The notes under the pieces: model-generated | The model's database searches: none | The model's input: the letters and a program-made list of their open reading frames with translations, nothing else | What the model was told of the DNA's origin: nothing | Program-made: the position numbers and the translations under genes | Virus record (IMG/VR): IMGVR_UViG_3300032240_001872 | Location: 15,750 to 79,749 of that record | From: a virus | Strand: one strand, 5' to 3' | Length of the DNA stretch: 64,000 nt | Part shown: positions 9,938 to 19,805 of the stretch, piece after piece | Layout: every line of letters begins with the position of its first letter | How positions within the stretch are numbered: the stretch's first letter is position 1

Positions 9938-10790
9938 ACTAGATTGCGTGTTCATCTCTTATGATGAACCAAATGCAGAACTAAACTATGCCAAGTTGCT
10001 ATATGAAGCTCCGTGGGCAAAACGTGTTCACGGAGTTAAAGGTAGTGATGCTTGCCACAAGGCTGCGGCCAACCTGAGCGAAACAGAGTGGTTTGTTACT
10101 GTGGACGCAGACAATATTGTTAATCCTAAGTTTTGGGATTTAGAAATTGAGTTAGACAATTATCCAAATGCACAGGCATTTAACTGGCCAGGTCGCAATA
10201 ACATCAACGGCTTGCGTTACGGCAACGGCAGTCTCAAGGCATGGCGTAAAGACTTTGTGCTTAATATGAAAACACACGAGGCCGCAGAGGAAGACAAAGG
10301 TCAGGTAGACTTTTGTTGGGAAGCTGGTTATTATCCGCTTACTGTTAGTTACTCAGATACGATTATAAACACAACTCCATTACAAGCATGGCGAGCAGGA
10401 TTTCGTGAAGGTGTAAAGATGTGTTTAGATCGCGGCATACGATTAGAACAAGGCAAGAACGCTAAGGAAGTCATATGGTGGGAGAACCTACATAGGCTAA
10501 AGCAGTGGCTCACGTTGGGTATACATGCTGATCAAGGTGCGTGGGCAATAGTCGGTGCGTGGCAAGGCGTTTACCTTACTATGTGTACTGATTGGGACAT
10601 TACCAATGTCCGAGATTTTGAAGTACTAAATGAAATGTTTAGTAGAATAGCCGGCATAGATCCCTTAGAACTAATTCAAATGTATCAAATAAAAACAAAA
10701 GATTTTATCAGTGTGCCTGTACTCAATGCAGATACAAGCGCCTATGTAGTTAACACCTTTGACGAATTTTACAGGCTCAATCGTGTATGA
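9915..10790 (+). CDS. glycosyltransferase family 2-like protein
   Basis: VFISYDEPNA, FVTVDADN, YGNG, AWRAGFRE; paralog of the next gene. Confidence 0.65.
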   Translation: MSLLKINELDCVFISYDEPNAELNYAKLLYEAPWAKRVHGVKGSDACHKAAANLSETEWFVTVDADNIVNPKFWDLEIELDNYPNAQAFNWPGRNNINGLRYGNGSLKAWRKDFVLNMKTHEAAEEDKGQVDFCWEAGYYPLTVSYSDTIINTTPLQAWRAGFREGVKMCLDRGIRLEQGKNAKEVIWWENLHRLKQWLTLGIHADQGAWAIVGAWQGVYLTMCTDWDITNVRDFEVLNEMFSRIAGIDPLELIQMYQIKTKDFISVPVLNADTSAYVVNTFDEFYRLNRV

Positions 10791-11484
10791 TATAATTTTT
10801 ATTAGTTACGGAGAACCAAACGCTGAGGACAACTATCAGCGGGTTAAATCACGATTTCCTTTAGTAAAGCGTGTTAAGGATGTTAAAGGAATACATCAAG
10901 CACACGTGGCGGCCGCCCGTAAGAGCTTTACTGAAATGTTTTGGGTCGTCGACGGCGATGCTCATATTCTAGATTCTTTCAACTTTGATTATAAAGTACC
11001 CGAATGGGATTTAGAATGTGTGCATGTGTGGCGCAGTCGAAACCCGCTTAATAACTTAGAATATGGCTACGGCGGAGTTAAACTGTTACCTAAAAAACTC
11101 ACGATAAAAATGGATATATCAAAACCAGATATGACAACCAGCATCAGCACCAAGTTTAAAGCCATGGAAGAAGTTAGTAATATCACAGCATTCAATACAG
11201 ATGCATTTAGTACTTGGCGAAGTGCTTTTAGAGAGTGTGCCAAACTCTCTAGCAAAGTTATCGATGGCCAAGTAGATACAGAAAGCGAAGCTAGGTTATA
11301 TTTTTGGTGTCAGTTAAACACACATGTTCCGTTTGGAGCGCAAGGCTATGCAGGGGCGCTGTCTGGCAGAAAATTTGGCCTCGAGAACGTAGCTGAAATA
11401 AGTAAGATTAACAATTACGAATGGTTAAAAGAACAATATGAACTGGCTTATAAGAATATTAACGACTCCCTGGCGCTGGTATAA
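10783..11484 (+). CDS. glycosyltransferase family 2-like protein
   Basis: Probable GTG start at 10783; IFISYGEPNA, FWVVDGD, YGYGG, TWRSAFRE. Confidence 0.65.
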   Translation: MYDIIFISYGEPNAEDNYQRVKSRFPLVKRVKDVKGIHQAHVAAARKSFTEMFWVVDGDAHILDSFNFDYKVPEWDLECVHVWRSRNPLNNLEYGYGGVKLLPKKLTIKMDISKPDMTTSISTKFKAMEEVSNITAFNTDAFSTWRSAFRECAKLSSKVIDGQVDTESEARLYFWCQLNTHVPFGAQGYAGALSGRKFGLENVAEISKINNYEWLKEQYELAYKNINDSLALV

Positions 11485-11539
11485 AACTCGCCAACATATT
11501 AAAGAATTGCGTAAGCGCGACCCATTTATCTACAAATGA
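11438..11539 (+). CDS. 33-aa micro-protein (MNWLIRILTTPWRWYKTRQHIKELRKRDPFIYK) coupled to the carbamoyltransferase
   Basis: Not in the ORF track. Fills the 11484-11536 gap; its TGA overlaps the carbamoyltransferase ATG (ATGA). Confidence 0.7.
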   Translation: MNWLIRILTTPWRWYKTRQHIKELRKRDPFIYK

Positions 11540-13029
11540 TTACTTGGGGGATATCAGCTAACAGTCATAATGCGGCAGTTGCTGTGTTTGCTAATGAACG
11601 ACTGGTATTTGCTTCTGAAACAGAAAGATGGAGCGGAATTAAAAACGATCCAGACCTCGATAAAGATCTAATATACGATTTACATTATAAGGGTCTTACA
11701 CCAGATCAAGTAGTTTGGTACGAGCGGCCATTAGTTAAAACTTTTAGACAACTCGAGGCAGGACAAGGTTGGCGCTACAAAGAAAACAACATAAAAAGAT
11801 ATCTAAAAGAATATCTTCCTAGTACTCCAATAAAATATGTAAGCCATCACAAGAGTCATGCCGCAGGCGGCTACCATACCAGTGGGTTTAATAGTGCATG
11901 CATCGTTGTCATAGATGCAATTGGAGAATATGAGTCTCTTAGCATTTGGTCTGGCGTAGGAGAAGAATTACATAAAGTTTATAGTTTAGATTATCCTAAT
12001 AGCATTGGTTTATTTTATAGTGCTATGACACAACGCTGTGGACTAAAACCCAACGAAGAAGAATATATTCTTATGGGAATGGCCGCATACGGAAATCCTA
12101 AAAGACTATGGAAAGAAATGCTTTCCGATTTTATAAGTTTGCCAAATGATGACTGGGGACATATCTTCCGTCTCAAGCAAAATCTGCATAGAGGATGCCT
12201 AGATTGGAGGCCCGACTTAACTACCGAACAAGATATATTTGATATTGCGGCGGCTACACAATATATCTATGAAATGATATTTGAAAGAATATTAATGTGT
12301 GCCAGTCAAGATGTAGATCTTACGCCTAATCTTGTTATTGCGGGCGGGTGCGCATTAAACTGTGTAGCTAATCGCCTGGCAGGCAAGTACTTTAACAACG
12401 TTTGGATTATGCCTGCGCCCGGGGACAGTGGTAGTGCTATAGGAGCGGTGCTGGCCGCAAACCCAAATTGGAGGATGCGCACTGGAGAATTTACTCCCTT
12501 CCTTGGGCACGATATGGGAAGTCACGTAACTAATCATGAAATAGTGTCCTATTTAGAACAACACCAGATATGCGGTGTTGCTAGAGGTCGAGCAGAGTTC
12601 GGTCCTCGTGCATTAGGCAATAGAAGTTTGTTAGCCGATCCCCGTGGCAAAGACATTAAGGAAACAGTAAATGCAATTAAACAACGACAACAATTTAGAC
12701 CATTTGCTCCCGCAATTTTGGAGGAGCTATGCGACACTTACTTTGATATGCCTAGCGGTTGGAGTGATAGTAGGTATATGCAAGTCGTCGCTCGCTGTAG
12801 GGTTCCTGAGCTATTTCCTGCTATCGTTCATGCTGACGGGACTTCTCGTGTGCAAACTGTTCCAAAAGACGGAAGCAAGTTTAGAGAACTCTTAGAATTA
12901 TGGTATGCTCGGACAGGATGTCCTATGTTGTTGAACACCAGCTTAAACATTAAAGGCAAGCCGATGGTTAATGATGCCAACGATGCGTTAGAATTTCAAA
13001 ACACCTATAATGTCAAAGTGTTTACGTAG
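11536..13029 (+). CDS. O-carbamoyltransferase, NodU/CmcH/TobZ family
   Basis: HHKSHA, VIDAIGE, AGGCALN, PAPGDSG, EFGPRALGNRS, RPFAP, NTSLN motifs. Confidence 0.93.
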   Translation: MITWGISANSHNAAVAVFANERLVFASETERWSGIKNDPDLDKDLIYDLHYKGLTPDQVVWYERPLVKTFRQLEAGQGWRYKENNIKRYLKEYLPSTPIKYVSHHKSHAAGGYHTSGFNSACIVVIDAIGEYESLSIWSGVGEELHKVYSLDYPNSIGLFYSAMTQRCGLKPNEEEYILMGMAAYGNPKRLWKEMLSDFISLPNDDWGHIFRLKQNLHRGCLDWRPDLTTEQDIFDIAAATQYIYEMIFERILMCASQDVDLTPNLVIAGGCALNCVANRLAGKYFNNVWIMPAPGDSGSAIGAVLAANPNWRMRTGEFTPFLGHDMGSHVTNHEIVSYLEQHQICGVARGRAEFGPRALGNRSLLADPRGKDIKETVNAIKQRQQFRPFAPAILEELCDTYFDMPSGWSDSRYMQVVARCRVPELFPAIVHADGTSRVQTVPKDGSKFRELLELWYARTGCPMLLNTSLNIKGKPMVNDANDALEFQNTYNVKVFT

Positions 13030-13813
13030 CCCAACCCATATTAATTAGTAAATTTTTTAATACACTATCGTCTGGTAGACTAGATGCAATAATTGAAGCT
13101 AGAACGTGATCATTTTCACATTGTTCACTTAAGACTGCCATTATTTCGTAACTTCCCAACCAATACTTTGAATCTAATCTAGCTACTGCTCTACAAACTT
13201 CTGGGTCTAAAGACATTGCATTTGCAACAGCTGATCGAATATCCACACTCTGACCAAATTCTGATTGTAACGCATCTAGTGATGCAGTTGTATCTAATGT
13301 TATTGCTCTTACTAAGGCAATACGATTTTCGTCTTGTCTAAACTGCTCTGCTAAATTACGCTGTTTTTGTTCTTCTGTAAGATTTTTTTGGAATAACACC
13401 ATCTCAGAGTATTCTTTTTCCATATCTATCATTCTTTGATGTAGCTCAGCTTCTTGGCGTACCATACTTGCTTCATCAATTTGATCTTGTTGAAGCTTCA
13501 TAGATGCAACATCTTGCAGATATTGATTGTATAAATTCTTAGCTTCTTGTACCATTCCATAAACTCTTTTAGATCTGTGTTTAGGATCCGACGTAAGAAT
13601 ATGATACTGGTCCCACACGTCTACATCTTTTCGATTATCATGGCCGGGCTCAACTATTATGTTTCCGTCGATATTATATTTTATTTTTCTGCCAGGCTTA
13701 GTAAATGCTTCCATAATGCTTCCTAAGAGAGGATAGGGAGCGTTCATTGACAAAATGACTTCGTTGTTTTCTTCTATAGAAATATTAATTAAGGATATTG
13801 ATGTATTGAGCAT
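13022..13813 (-). CDS. hypothetical protein, coiled-coil centre
   Basis: 263-aa ORF with Q/E-rich helical middle. Confidence 0.6.
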   Translation of the reverse strand: MLNTSISLINISIEENNEVILSMNAPYPLLGSIMEAFTKPGRKIKYNIDGNIIVEPGHDNRKDVDVWDQYHILTSDPKHRSKRVYGMVQEAKNLYNQYLQDVASMKLQQDQIDEASMVRQEAELHQRMIDMEKEYSEMVLFQKNLTEEQKQRNLAEQFRQDENRIALVRAITLDTTASLDALQSEFGQSVDIRSAVANAMSLDPEVCRAVARLDSKYWLGSYEIMAVLSEQCENDHVLASIIASSLPDDSVLKNLLINMGWAT

Positions 13814-14499
13814 TGTGTGTTTACTATGTTGACCATTTCATTTTTAAATCCAGATCCTTCGACGCCTAGAAGATTTTCTATATTTTCTGTCATAAGTTTA
13901 AATCTTTCAAGATATTCCTCTCTCGAATATGTAAACTTCATGGGTCCTGCCCAGAAAATATTTTTTGTTACTGGATCATAAAACGGATTTCCGTTTAAAC
14001 TTAGCGGATATGTGTGAGATTTCAGATCGCCTGCCGCTATATCAATGACTTGGATTAGCTGTTCTGAAGCCATTAAAAACTTAGGAAATATTTCTCGAAG
14101 AGCTGTTAATTTATCTTCTACTGCTATTAAATTTTCAAAAGGTATACCGTAGCTATTATATGGACGAGATTGCTCAACATAAGTTATCACCAATCCCATT
14201 ATACTATGTAATTCTATCAATGTTGGTTTTTCAATAGCGACAGTTTTATTTGTATCTGAGAGATCACTGAGTTGTTTTTTTCTAATATATAATTCAGTTC
14301 TATCGCCGTACTCTAATGAATAGGTTTTTCCATTATAATCGCGATATTCTGCTTTTCCTGCACCGATTAGAAAAAACCCAGTAGGAGCAATTTCCCACAT
14401 GCGGTCGCCATCTTGATTGACCCTAGCAACATTGTTGTAGAAAGAATCGGACAATTCTGGAGTCCATGACAGCAGTTTTTGTTGTAGAATTTCAAGCAT
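13789..14499 (-). CDS. hypothetical protein
   Basis: 236-aa ORF in minus-strand operon. Confidence 0.6.
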   Translation of the reverse strand: MLEILQQKLLSWTPELSDSFYNNVARVNQDGDRMWEIAPTGFFLIGAGKAEYRDYNGKTYSLEYGDRTELYIRKKQLSDLSDTNKTVAIEKPTLIELHSIMGLVITYVEQSRPYNSYGIPFENLIAVEDKLTALREIFPKFLMASEQLIQVIDIAAGDLKSHTYPLSLNGNPFYDPVTKNIFWAGPMKFTYSREEYLERFKLMTENIENLLGVEGSGFKNEMVNIVNTQCSIHQYP

Positions 14500-14518
14500 T
14501 ATTAATCCCGGTATACCT

Positions 14519-15466
14519 TTATTTATGCTTGGGCATCTTACTGTCTGCAGAGCTTACACAAGAGTCTGTAACGCACAAACTTGGAGTTTTTAATAAACTA
14601 AAATTTGTTAATGTTCCTATAGATTCTTCTTTGCAAGAATACCCTCGTTTAACTTCATTTCCTCGGATAATTAGTCCTTGGAATCCTGCAGAGCACTTCC
14701 AGTTCTTAAATCTATTGAATCCTAATGCGTTGAATCTTTCAGCTTGATCAATATAGTAGTTGTTAATTCCGTCAGTTAATCTAATCTGAAACCCTTCTTG
14801 CTGTTCAAAATCGTCTTGCATAATTCTAATCATCTCGGGCGTGTAGCCGTCAACAATGGCAGTAGCAGTATTGTTACTCTGCGGTTTAAGGGTAACGTTG
14901 ATTCCTTTAGATCGAAATCTGTTACATCTTTCCAAGGTTTCAAAAAACTTATCAGGAACCATAACTTGATTAATAGTGACATGCACTAAATCTTCCATGA
15001 GCTGTAGGCACTTATCGCTGAATTCATTTTCCTTTGCAAACTCTGCATGAAAGCTGGCTGTAATGCTCCTTCTTTGTAACATTTCTGTCGATATATGCCA
15101 TCGTTTCCACCAATTTAAACTAGGACTTAGATTGGTAGTCATATGTACTGATTGGTACGGAGATTCTAGTTCGTCTAGATATTTGATTAACTCTAGTAGA
15201 TTTTTATAGGCAGTAGGTTCGCCGCCACTAAAACTCCAATGAAACTCAGTAAAACCATTTAGTCTTGCTTGTCTTTTGATTTCATCTATAGTGTTTTTAT
15301 ATATGTCCAACGATTCATGGTCCGGGGTATCGTTTCGAGCATATGGCCAACAGTAAGAGCAATTATAGTTACAAAATCTACCTAGTATCCAACTAACATT
15401 AAATCTAGGATTATCTAGTAAAGTTTGTTGCCCGAAATAATTAATTTGTTCTAGAGGTATTGTCAT
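14519..15466 (-). CDS. radical SAM protein (C-terminal twitch-like Cys cluster)
   Basis: CNYNCSYC, SGGEPT, C-terminal WKCSAG...C...CVTDSC. Confidence 0.9.
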   Translation of the reverse strand: MTIPLEQINYFGQQTLLDNPRFNVSWILGRFCNYNCSYCWPYARNDTPDHESLDIYKNTIDEIKRQARLNGFTEFHWSFSGGEPTAYKNLLELIKYLDELESPYQSVHMTTNLSPSLNWWKRWHISTEMLQRRSITASFHAEFAKENEFSDKCLQLMEDLVHVTINQVMVPDKFFETLERCNRFRSKGINVTLKPQSNNTATAIVDGYTPEMIRIMQDDFEQQEGFQIRLTDGINNYYIDQAERFNALGFNRFKNWKCSAGFQGLIIRGNEVKRGYSCKEESIGTLTNFSLLKTPSLCVTDSCVSSADSKMPKHK

Positions 15467-17072
15467 TCTTTAATTTTTCTAGTAGTGGGGTAAAATATTG
15501 TTCTATAACTGTGTCAAAATATAATTTCGTCATGTCTATAGAGTTTAGCAGATCTTTGTATTCCTGCTGTGACATGTTCTTTGTTAATTCTCTATTTGAA
15601 AGTATAGGATGATTGAGAGACGATTTATAAAAATCACCCGTGTATATTCTTTTAGGTACTGATCGATCGTACGAAGCGGCTAATTCGGTGGCTTGTTCAA
15701 ATGTATATATTCCGCTACAGTCTTCTTTCTTTTTCCAGCTGACTCTATCGTATGCTGTTTTAATTTCTCCAAAGTAATATCCGTGTTTATCGTAATTCTT
15801 GTCAAACTCACTCTTATATATCCAGTGGTTTCCGTGCTCAGTAGTATCTTTTCCATCAAAGATGTTTATCGGAAACACCCAAGATTCGTGTATAGGACAT
15901 TCTGGATCTCGCAAATAATCACAAGTAGATGCAATAGATTCTTCCGGTTCGGTCGGAAGTCCTACCATAAAACCTGCTTGGATGTGTACATCATTACCCC
16001 ATACTTCTTTGCATTTAGCAAGAGCTTCTTTTGTTTTTTCGGCCTTCATCGCTTTTCCAACTGCTTTTCCTGCGCCTGGATGAAATGTTTCAACTCCCAT
16101 ATAAGTTTGTTCTAGACCTATTTCTTTAAGTAACGTAATCTGTTCAGGGTGTACTGCTAATAAGTCTAATCTTGTATAGCACCAGAACTTAATTTTAAAA
16201 GGTAACGAATTAACTACCTCTTTAAACATTAGTAATTTTTCTGTAGTATCATTAAAGGTATCATCCATAATGTAATACTGTGTTATTCCCCAACGATTAT
16301 AATTTTCTAGCAATTCATCTTTTAATACTTCTTTGTATTTTAGATAATCGTCTATATTTTTTTGCCCTATGAGAGGATAAGAGCAGTATGTACATTTGAA
16401 TCTGCATCCGCGAGCTACCTCTAAAGAAAGCGTTTCGTTGGGAGTAATAAAGTCGTAGTCAGTGTATGATGTTTTGCTTTTTCTAAAATCCCACACCGGA
16501 AGTTGTGCTTTATAATCGTAATCAAGAACTTTATTGAATAGTCTTTTCTTAGAACGACCGGTTACTGAATCTAGGTAATCAATAACCATTGTTTCTGATA
16601 AGCCGTATATAAAATTATCTACGTCTTGAAAATCTGTAAAAAATCCTATTCCAGACCCACCAAATACAATTTTAGTTTTTGAATTTAAATTTTTAATACA
16701 GTCAAACCATGGGGCCTGGCGACCTGCGGCAATCTCATCAATTAATCTTTTTGAATACATAGACTCTGTATCAAATCTAAGTATATCAGTTTCTCTTCTA
16801 TCTCTACCGGGCACTTCTGTACTTAATGGTTCGCCAGGAATGCGCATAGGCATAAAAGTAGTAGAAAACCCAACCATATAGGTTTCTTCTCCGACTGTAT
16901 TTTTTAATATTTCATTGTACATTTCTCCGTCAATTGCTGAAGAAAAATTAACCACAAGGCAAGTGTACCCATTATCTCTAATATGAGATGCCAATCGATA
17001 AGCTCCATAGTTTCTAGTCTTGGTATCTTGAACTGGCGTATCTGCAAATATTATTACATTAAATTTTGGCAT
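15441..17072 (-). CDS. B12-binding-like radical SAM protein
   Basis: N-terminal GAYRLASHIR..GY, VGFST, IVFGG; EVARGCRFKCTYC; DDTFN; GVET; FMVGLP. Confidence 0.85.
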   Translation of the reverse strand: MPKFNVIIFADTPVQDTKTRNYGAYRLASHIRDNGYTCLVVNFSSAIDGEMYNEILKNTVGEETYMVGFSTTFMPMRIPGEPLSTEVPGRDRRETDILRFDTESMYSKRLIDEIAAGRQAPWFDCIKNLNSKTKIVFGGSGIGFFTDFQDVDNFIYGLSETMVIDYLDSVTGRSKKRLFNKVLDYDYKAQLPVWDFRKSKTSYTDYDFITPNETLSLEVARGCRFKCTYCSYPLIGQKNIDDYLKYKEVLKDELLENYNRWGITQYYIMDDTFNDTTEKLLMFKEVVNSLPFKIKFWCYTRLDLLAVHPEQITLLKEIGLEQTYMGVETFHPGAGKAVGKAMKAEKTKEALAKCKEVWGNDVHIQAGFMVGLPTEPEESIASTCDYLRDPECPIHESWVFPINIFDGKDTTEHGNHWIYKSEFDKNYDKHGYYFGEIKTAYDRVSWKKKEDCSGIYTFEQATELAASYDRSVPKRIYTGDFYKSSLNHPILSNRELTKNMSQQEYKDLLNSIDMTKLYFDTVIEQYFTPLLEKLKNDNTSRTN

Positions 17073-18672
17073 TTCTTAACTTAATTAGTAATAGATTAAA
17101 ATAGTCAGTATGCACCGTGTTATAATAAAGTTCATCAAAATTGATATTATCCATAATATTTCTATATTCTCGTGGTGTCATATCGATAGTGGCTTCTCTA
17201 TCACGCAGTATAGGATGATTAAAGCTACTTGCGTAAAAATCACCACGACGCTCTCTTTGGTAAGGTTTAAGTTCCGCTAGAGTAGCATCCGCTATGTCTT
17301 GCGCTATGGCAAAAGAGGGAATGTCAGTATCATCATCCTTTTGCCAGGCCAGCATGCCTTCCACACCTGTATGGGGAAAGTAGTAGCCAAAATCTTCGTA
17401 GTTGTTGTCAAACCAGCTGGTGGGGAACCACTTGTTGCGTTCTGATTTTTTGACTATGTTTAAAGGGTAACAAGTGCTGATGTCCAAAGGACAGTCTGTT
17501 TGCTTTAACCAGTCAACGGTTTGACGCCAACTGGCTTGTGTTTCGTAGGGCAAGCCAATCATAAAGCCGCCTTCCATCCACACACGGTCTCCCCATACTT
17601 CTTTGGCTTTGTATAGTGTATCCTTGCGGCGACTGCTGGGCATGCCTTTGCCGATAGTCTTGCTACTCTTATCGTTAAACGTTTCAAGACCAAAGAACGT
17701 TTCAGCAATACCTATTTCTTTAAGCAACATCATTTGTTCAGGATGTGTGGCCAGCAAGTCAATACGTGTATAACACCAGAACTTGATTTTAAAAGGCAAG
17801 TCGCTCATGACCTTGGCCAGCATTTCTAACTTTTCAGTGCTGTCGTTAAATGTGTCATCCACAATAAAGTATTTGGTAGTGCCCCAACGTTCGTAGTTCT
17901 CTAACAGCTCATCTCGTATGTGTGTGGAATACTTGAGATAGTCGTTAACATTCTTCTGTCCAATGAGAGGAAAGTTGCAGAAGGCACATTTGAATCTACA
18001 TCCACGCCCTACTTCAAGCACTTGCGTTTCCTGTGGTTGTATAAAGTCCCACTCAGTATAACGTGTACTGCTTTCACGAAAGTCCCATGTAGGTTGGTGT
18101 GCTTTACGGTCATGGTCAACAAATTTGCTAAAGATTCGTTTACTTTTACCACTGAGCTTGTCCAGCAAGTCTATGGTCATGGTTTCAGCGATACCAAATA
18201 TAACATGATCAACATTTGGTATATCCATATAGAAATCTGCTTTTGCACCACCCAATACTATCTTGAGTTTGGGATTAATTGTTTTTGGATACTGCAACCA
18301 TTCAGCAACTTCATTCTTACCAAACTTGACCACAAGATTGTCTTTGCGCCAGTCTAGTTTTTCATTTTTGTCGTGGCTTAGTTCGTGTTGAACGCCTATG
18401 TGATGTCCGGGTATCTGATTGGTATATTCTCCGGGTTTTTCTGGCCAACGGTATGGCAACCATGTGGTACTGAAACCGACCATAAGAGTATTAGGACCAA
18501 CTGTTAGATCTAGTATTTCTTTGTACAGATCAAATGTCAATGCAGAACTAAAATCTATAACGATACATGAATAGCCATTAGCACGTATATGGCTGGCTAT
18601 TCTATGTACACCATATCCTCTAATCTTATGGTGTGGGTAGGGGGCATCTGCAAACAGAATTACATCGAACAT
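17059..18672 (-). CDS. B12-binding-like radical SAM protein
   Basis: GVHRIASHIR..GY; EVGRGCRFKCAFC; DDTFN; GLET; FMIGLP; tandem paralog of the previous gene. Confidence 0.85.
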   Translation of the reverse strand: MFDVILFADAPYPHHKIRGYGVHRIASHIRANGYSCIVIDFSSALTFDLYKEILDLTVGPNTLMVGFSTTWLPYRWPEKPGEYTNQIPGHHIGVQHELSHDKNEKLDWRKDNLVVKFGKNEVAEWLQYPKTINPKLKIVLGGAKADFYMDIPNVDHVIFGIAETMTIDLLDKLSGKSKRIFSKFVDHDRKAHQPTWDFRESSTRYTEWDFIQPQETQVLEVGRGCRFKCAFCNFPLIGQKNVNDYLKYSTHIRDELLENYERWGTTKYFIVDDTFNDSTEKLEMLAKVMSDLPFKIKFWCYTRIDLLATHPEQMMLLKEIGIAETFFGLETFNDKSSKTIGKGMPSSRRKDTLYKAKEVWGDRVWMEGGFMIGLPYETQASWRQTVDWLKQTDCPLDISTCYPLNIVKKSERNKWFPTSWFDNNYEDFGYYFPHTGVEGMLAWQKDDDTDIPSFAIAQDIADATLAELKPYQRERRGDFYASSFNHPILRDREATIDMTPREYRNIMDNINFDELYYNTVHTDYFNLLLIKLRNAKI

Positions 18673-18702
18673 GCTGTATTTAAGATAAATACCTACATAA
18701 TG
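18670..18702. promoter_or_regulatory. back-to-back T4-like late promoters
   Basis: Minus strand TAAATA (18682-18677)-N4-ATG(18672); plus strand TAAATA (18686-18691)-N8-ATG(18700). Confidence 0.6.
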
Positions 18703-19458
18703 AAAAACTTTGAATCAGTACTTGCATTTGGCGATAGCCATACAGTTGGCGCAGAAACTATTGTAAATTTAGAAGATTTAGATCTTGTACTGTCTGGTAA
18801 AAAATCTCAGTGGGAAGCTGAAGAGATTACAAAATCTCTTGCCTTTCCTGCCAAGGTTGCGGCCTCTCTTAATATTCCTTGTTTCAACTACGCTATGTCT
18901 GGTGGAAGTAACGACCGTAGTATTAGATTATTATCAGATGCTCTTATAAGTCATCCAAACAGTCTTGTATTATTTTGTTATACTGCTGGCGAAAGAAGAG
19001 AATTTTATTATCCAGACAAAGGTAATTTCTTAGGTAGAGATAATGATGATTATCTACAACTTGGTATACAATGGTACGGCGCTATTAAAGACAAGGCTGA
19101 TGAATTTGCGTGTTTTGCTTCTGTTAATGATTATTTTGTAGAAAATATTCTGAGAGTCAATAAGACAGAAAACTCAAGATTCGTTAACATGATGCAATAT
19201 GTTGAATTGGTCTGTGAAAAACATGCTTTAGATTATAGACATATATTATTATATCCGGGATTGGTAACATATAATAAAACCAAAACGTGGCATTCACTGG
19301 ATCATACAAAGATATTAAACTTAGCCGGGTTTACCAACGAGGGGTATGGATCTTATCTCGAATGGGCAGAACGCTACAATTTTGAAAAGGGCCCATTTCA
19401 CCACTACAAAGAAGAAGCCCATTTGGCTTTATCAAATAAAATATTGGAGACACTATGA
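18700..19458 (+). CDS. SGNH/GDSL-like hydrolase or acyltransferase
   Basis: Start reassigned to 18700; FGDSHTVG, NYAMSGGSN, C-terminal FHHYKEEAH. Confidence 0.65.
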   Translation: MKNFESVLAFGDSHTVGAETIVNLEDLDLVLSGKKSQWEAEEITKSLAFPAKVAASLNIPCFNYAMSGGSNDRSIRLLSDALISHPNSLVLFCYTAGERREFYYPDKGNFLGRDNDDYLQLGIQWYGAIKDKADEFACFASVNDYFVENILRVNKTENSRFVNMMQYVELVCEKHALDYRHILLYPGLVTYNKTKTWHSLDHTKILNLAGFTNEGYGSYLEWAERYNFEKGPFHHYKEEAHLALSNKILETL

Positions 19459-19805
19459 CCTGGGGCTATCATTTATTACTCGATTGTGCAGGATGCAATC
19501 AAAGTATTGATAACGACATAGTAATTGAAAAATTTGTTGTTGAACTAATTCCTCGAATAGGTATGCAGGCAGTTGACGGCCCTAGGATTGAATATCTATT
19601 GCCCAAGACTCCTAACGCAGGATTCAGCATGATGCAAATGATCCAAACCAGTAATATTACAGCACACTTTGTTAGTGCAACTAGAGAGGGTTATATCGAT
19701 CTATTCAGTTGTAAATCGTTTGATAAAGATATTGTTATTGAATTGGTTAAGAAATATTTTGATCCAAAAAGTATTAAAGAAACTTTCTTGCAAAGACAGG
19801 CTTAA
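19455..19805 (+). CDS. speD: S-adenosylmethionine decarboxylase-like pyruvoyl proenzyme (SpeD/SpeH class 1b fold)
   Basis: WGYHLLLDCAGC, GFS..QMIQTSNITAH, YIDLFSCK; 116 aa. Confidence 0.8.
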   Translation: MTWGYHLLLDCAGCNQSIDNDIVIEKFVVELIPRIGMQAVDGPRIEYLLPKTPNAGFSMMQMIQTSNITAHFVSATREGYIDLFSCKSFDKDIVIELVKKYFDPKSIKETFLQRQA

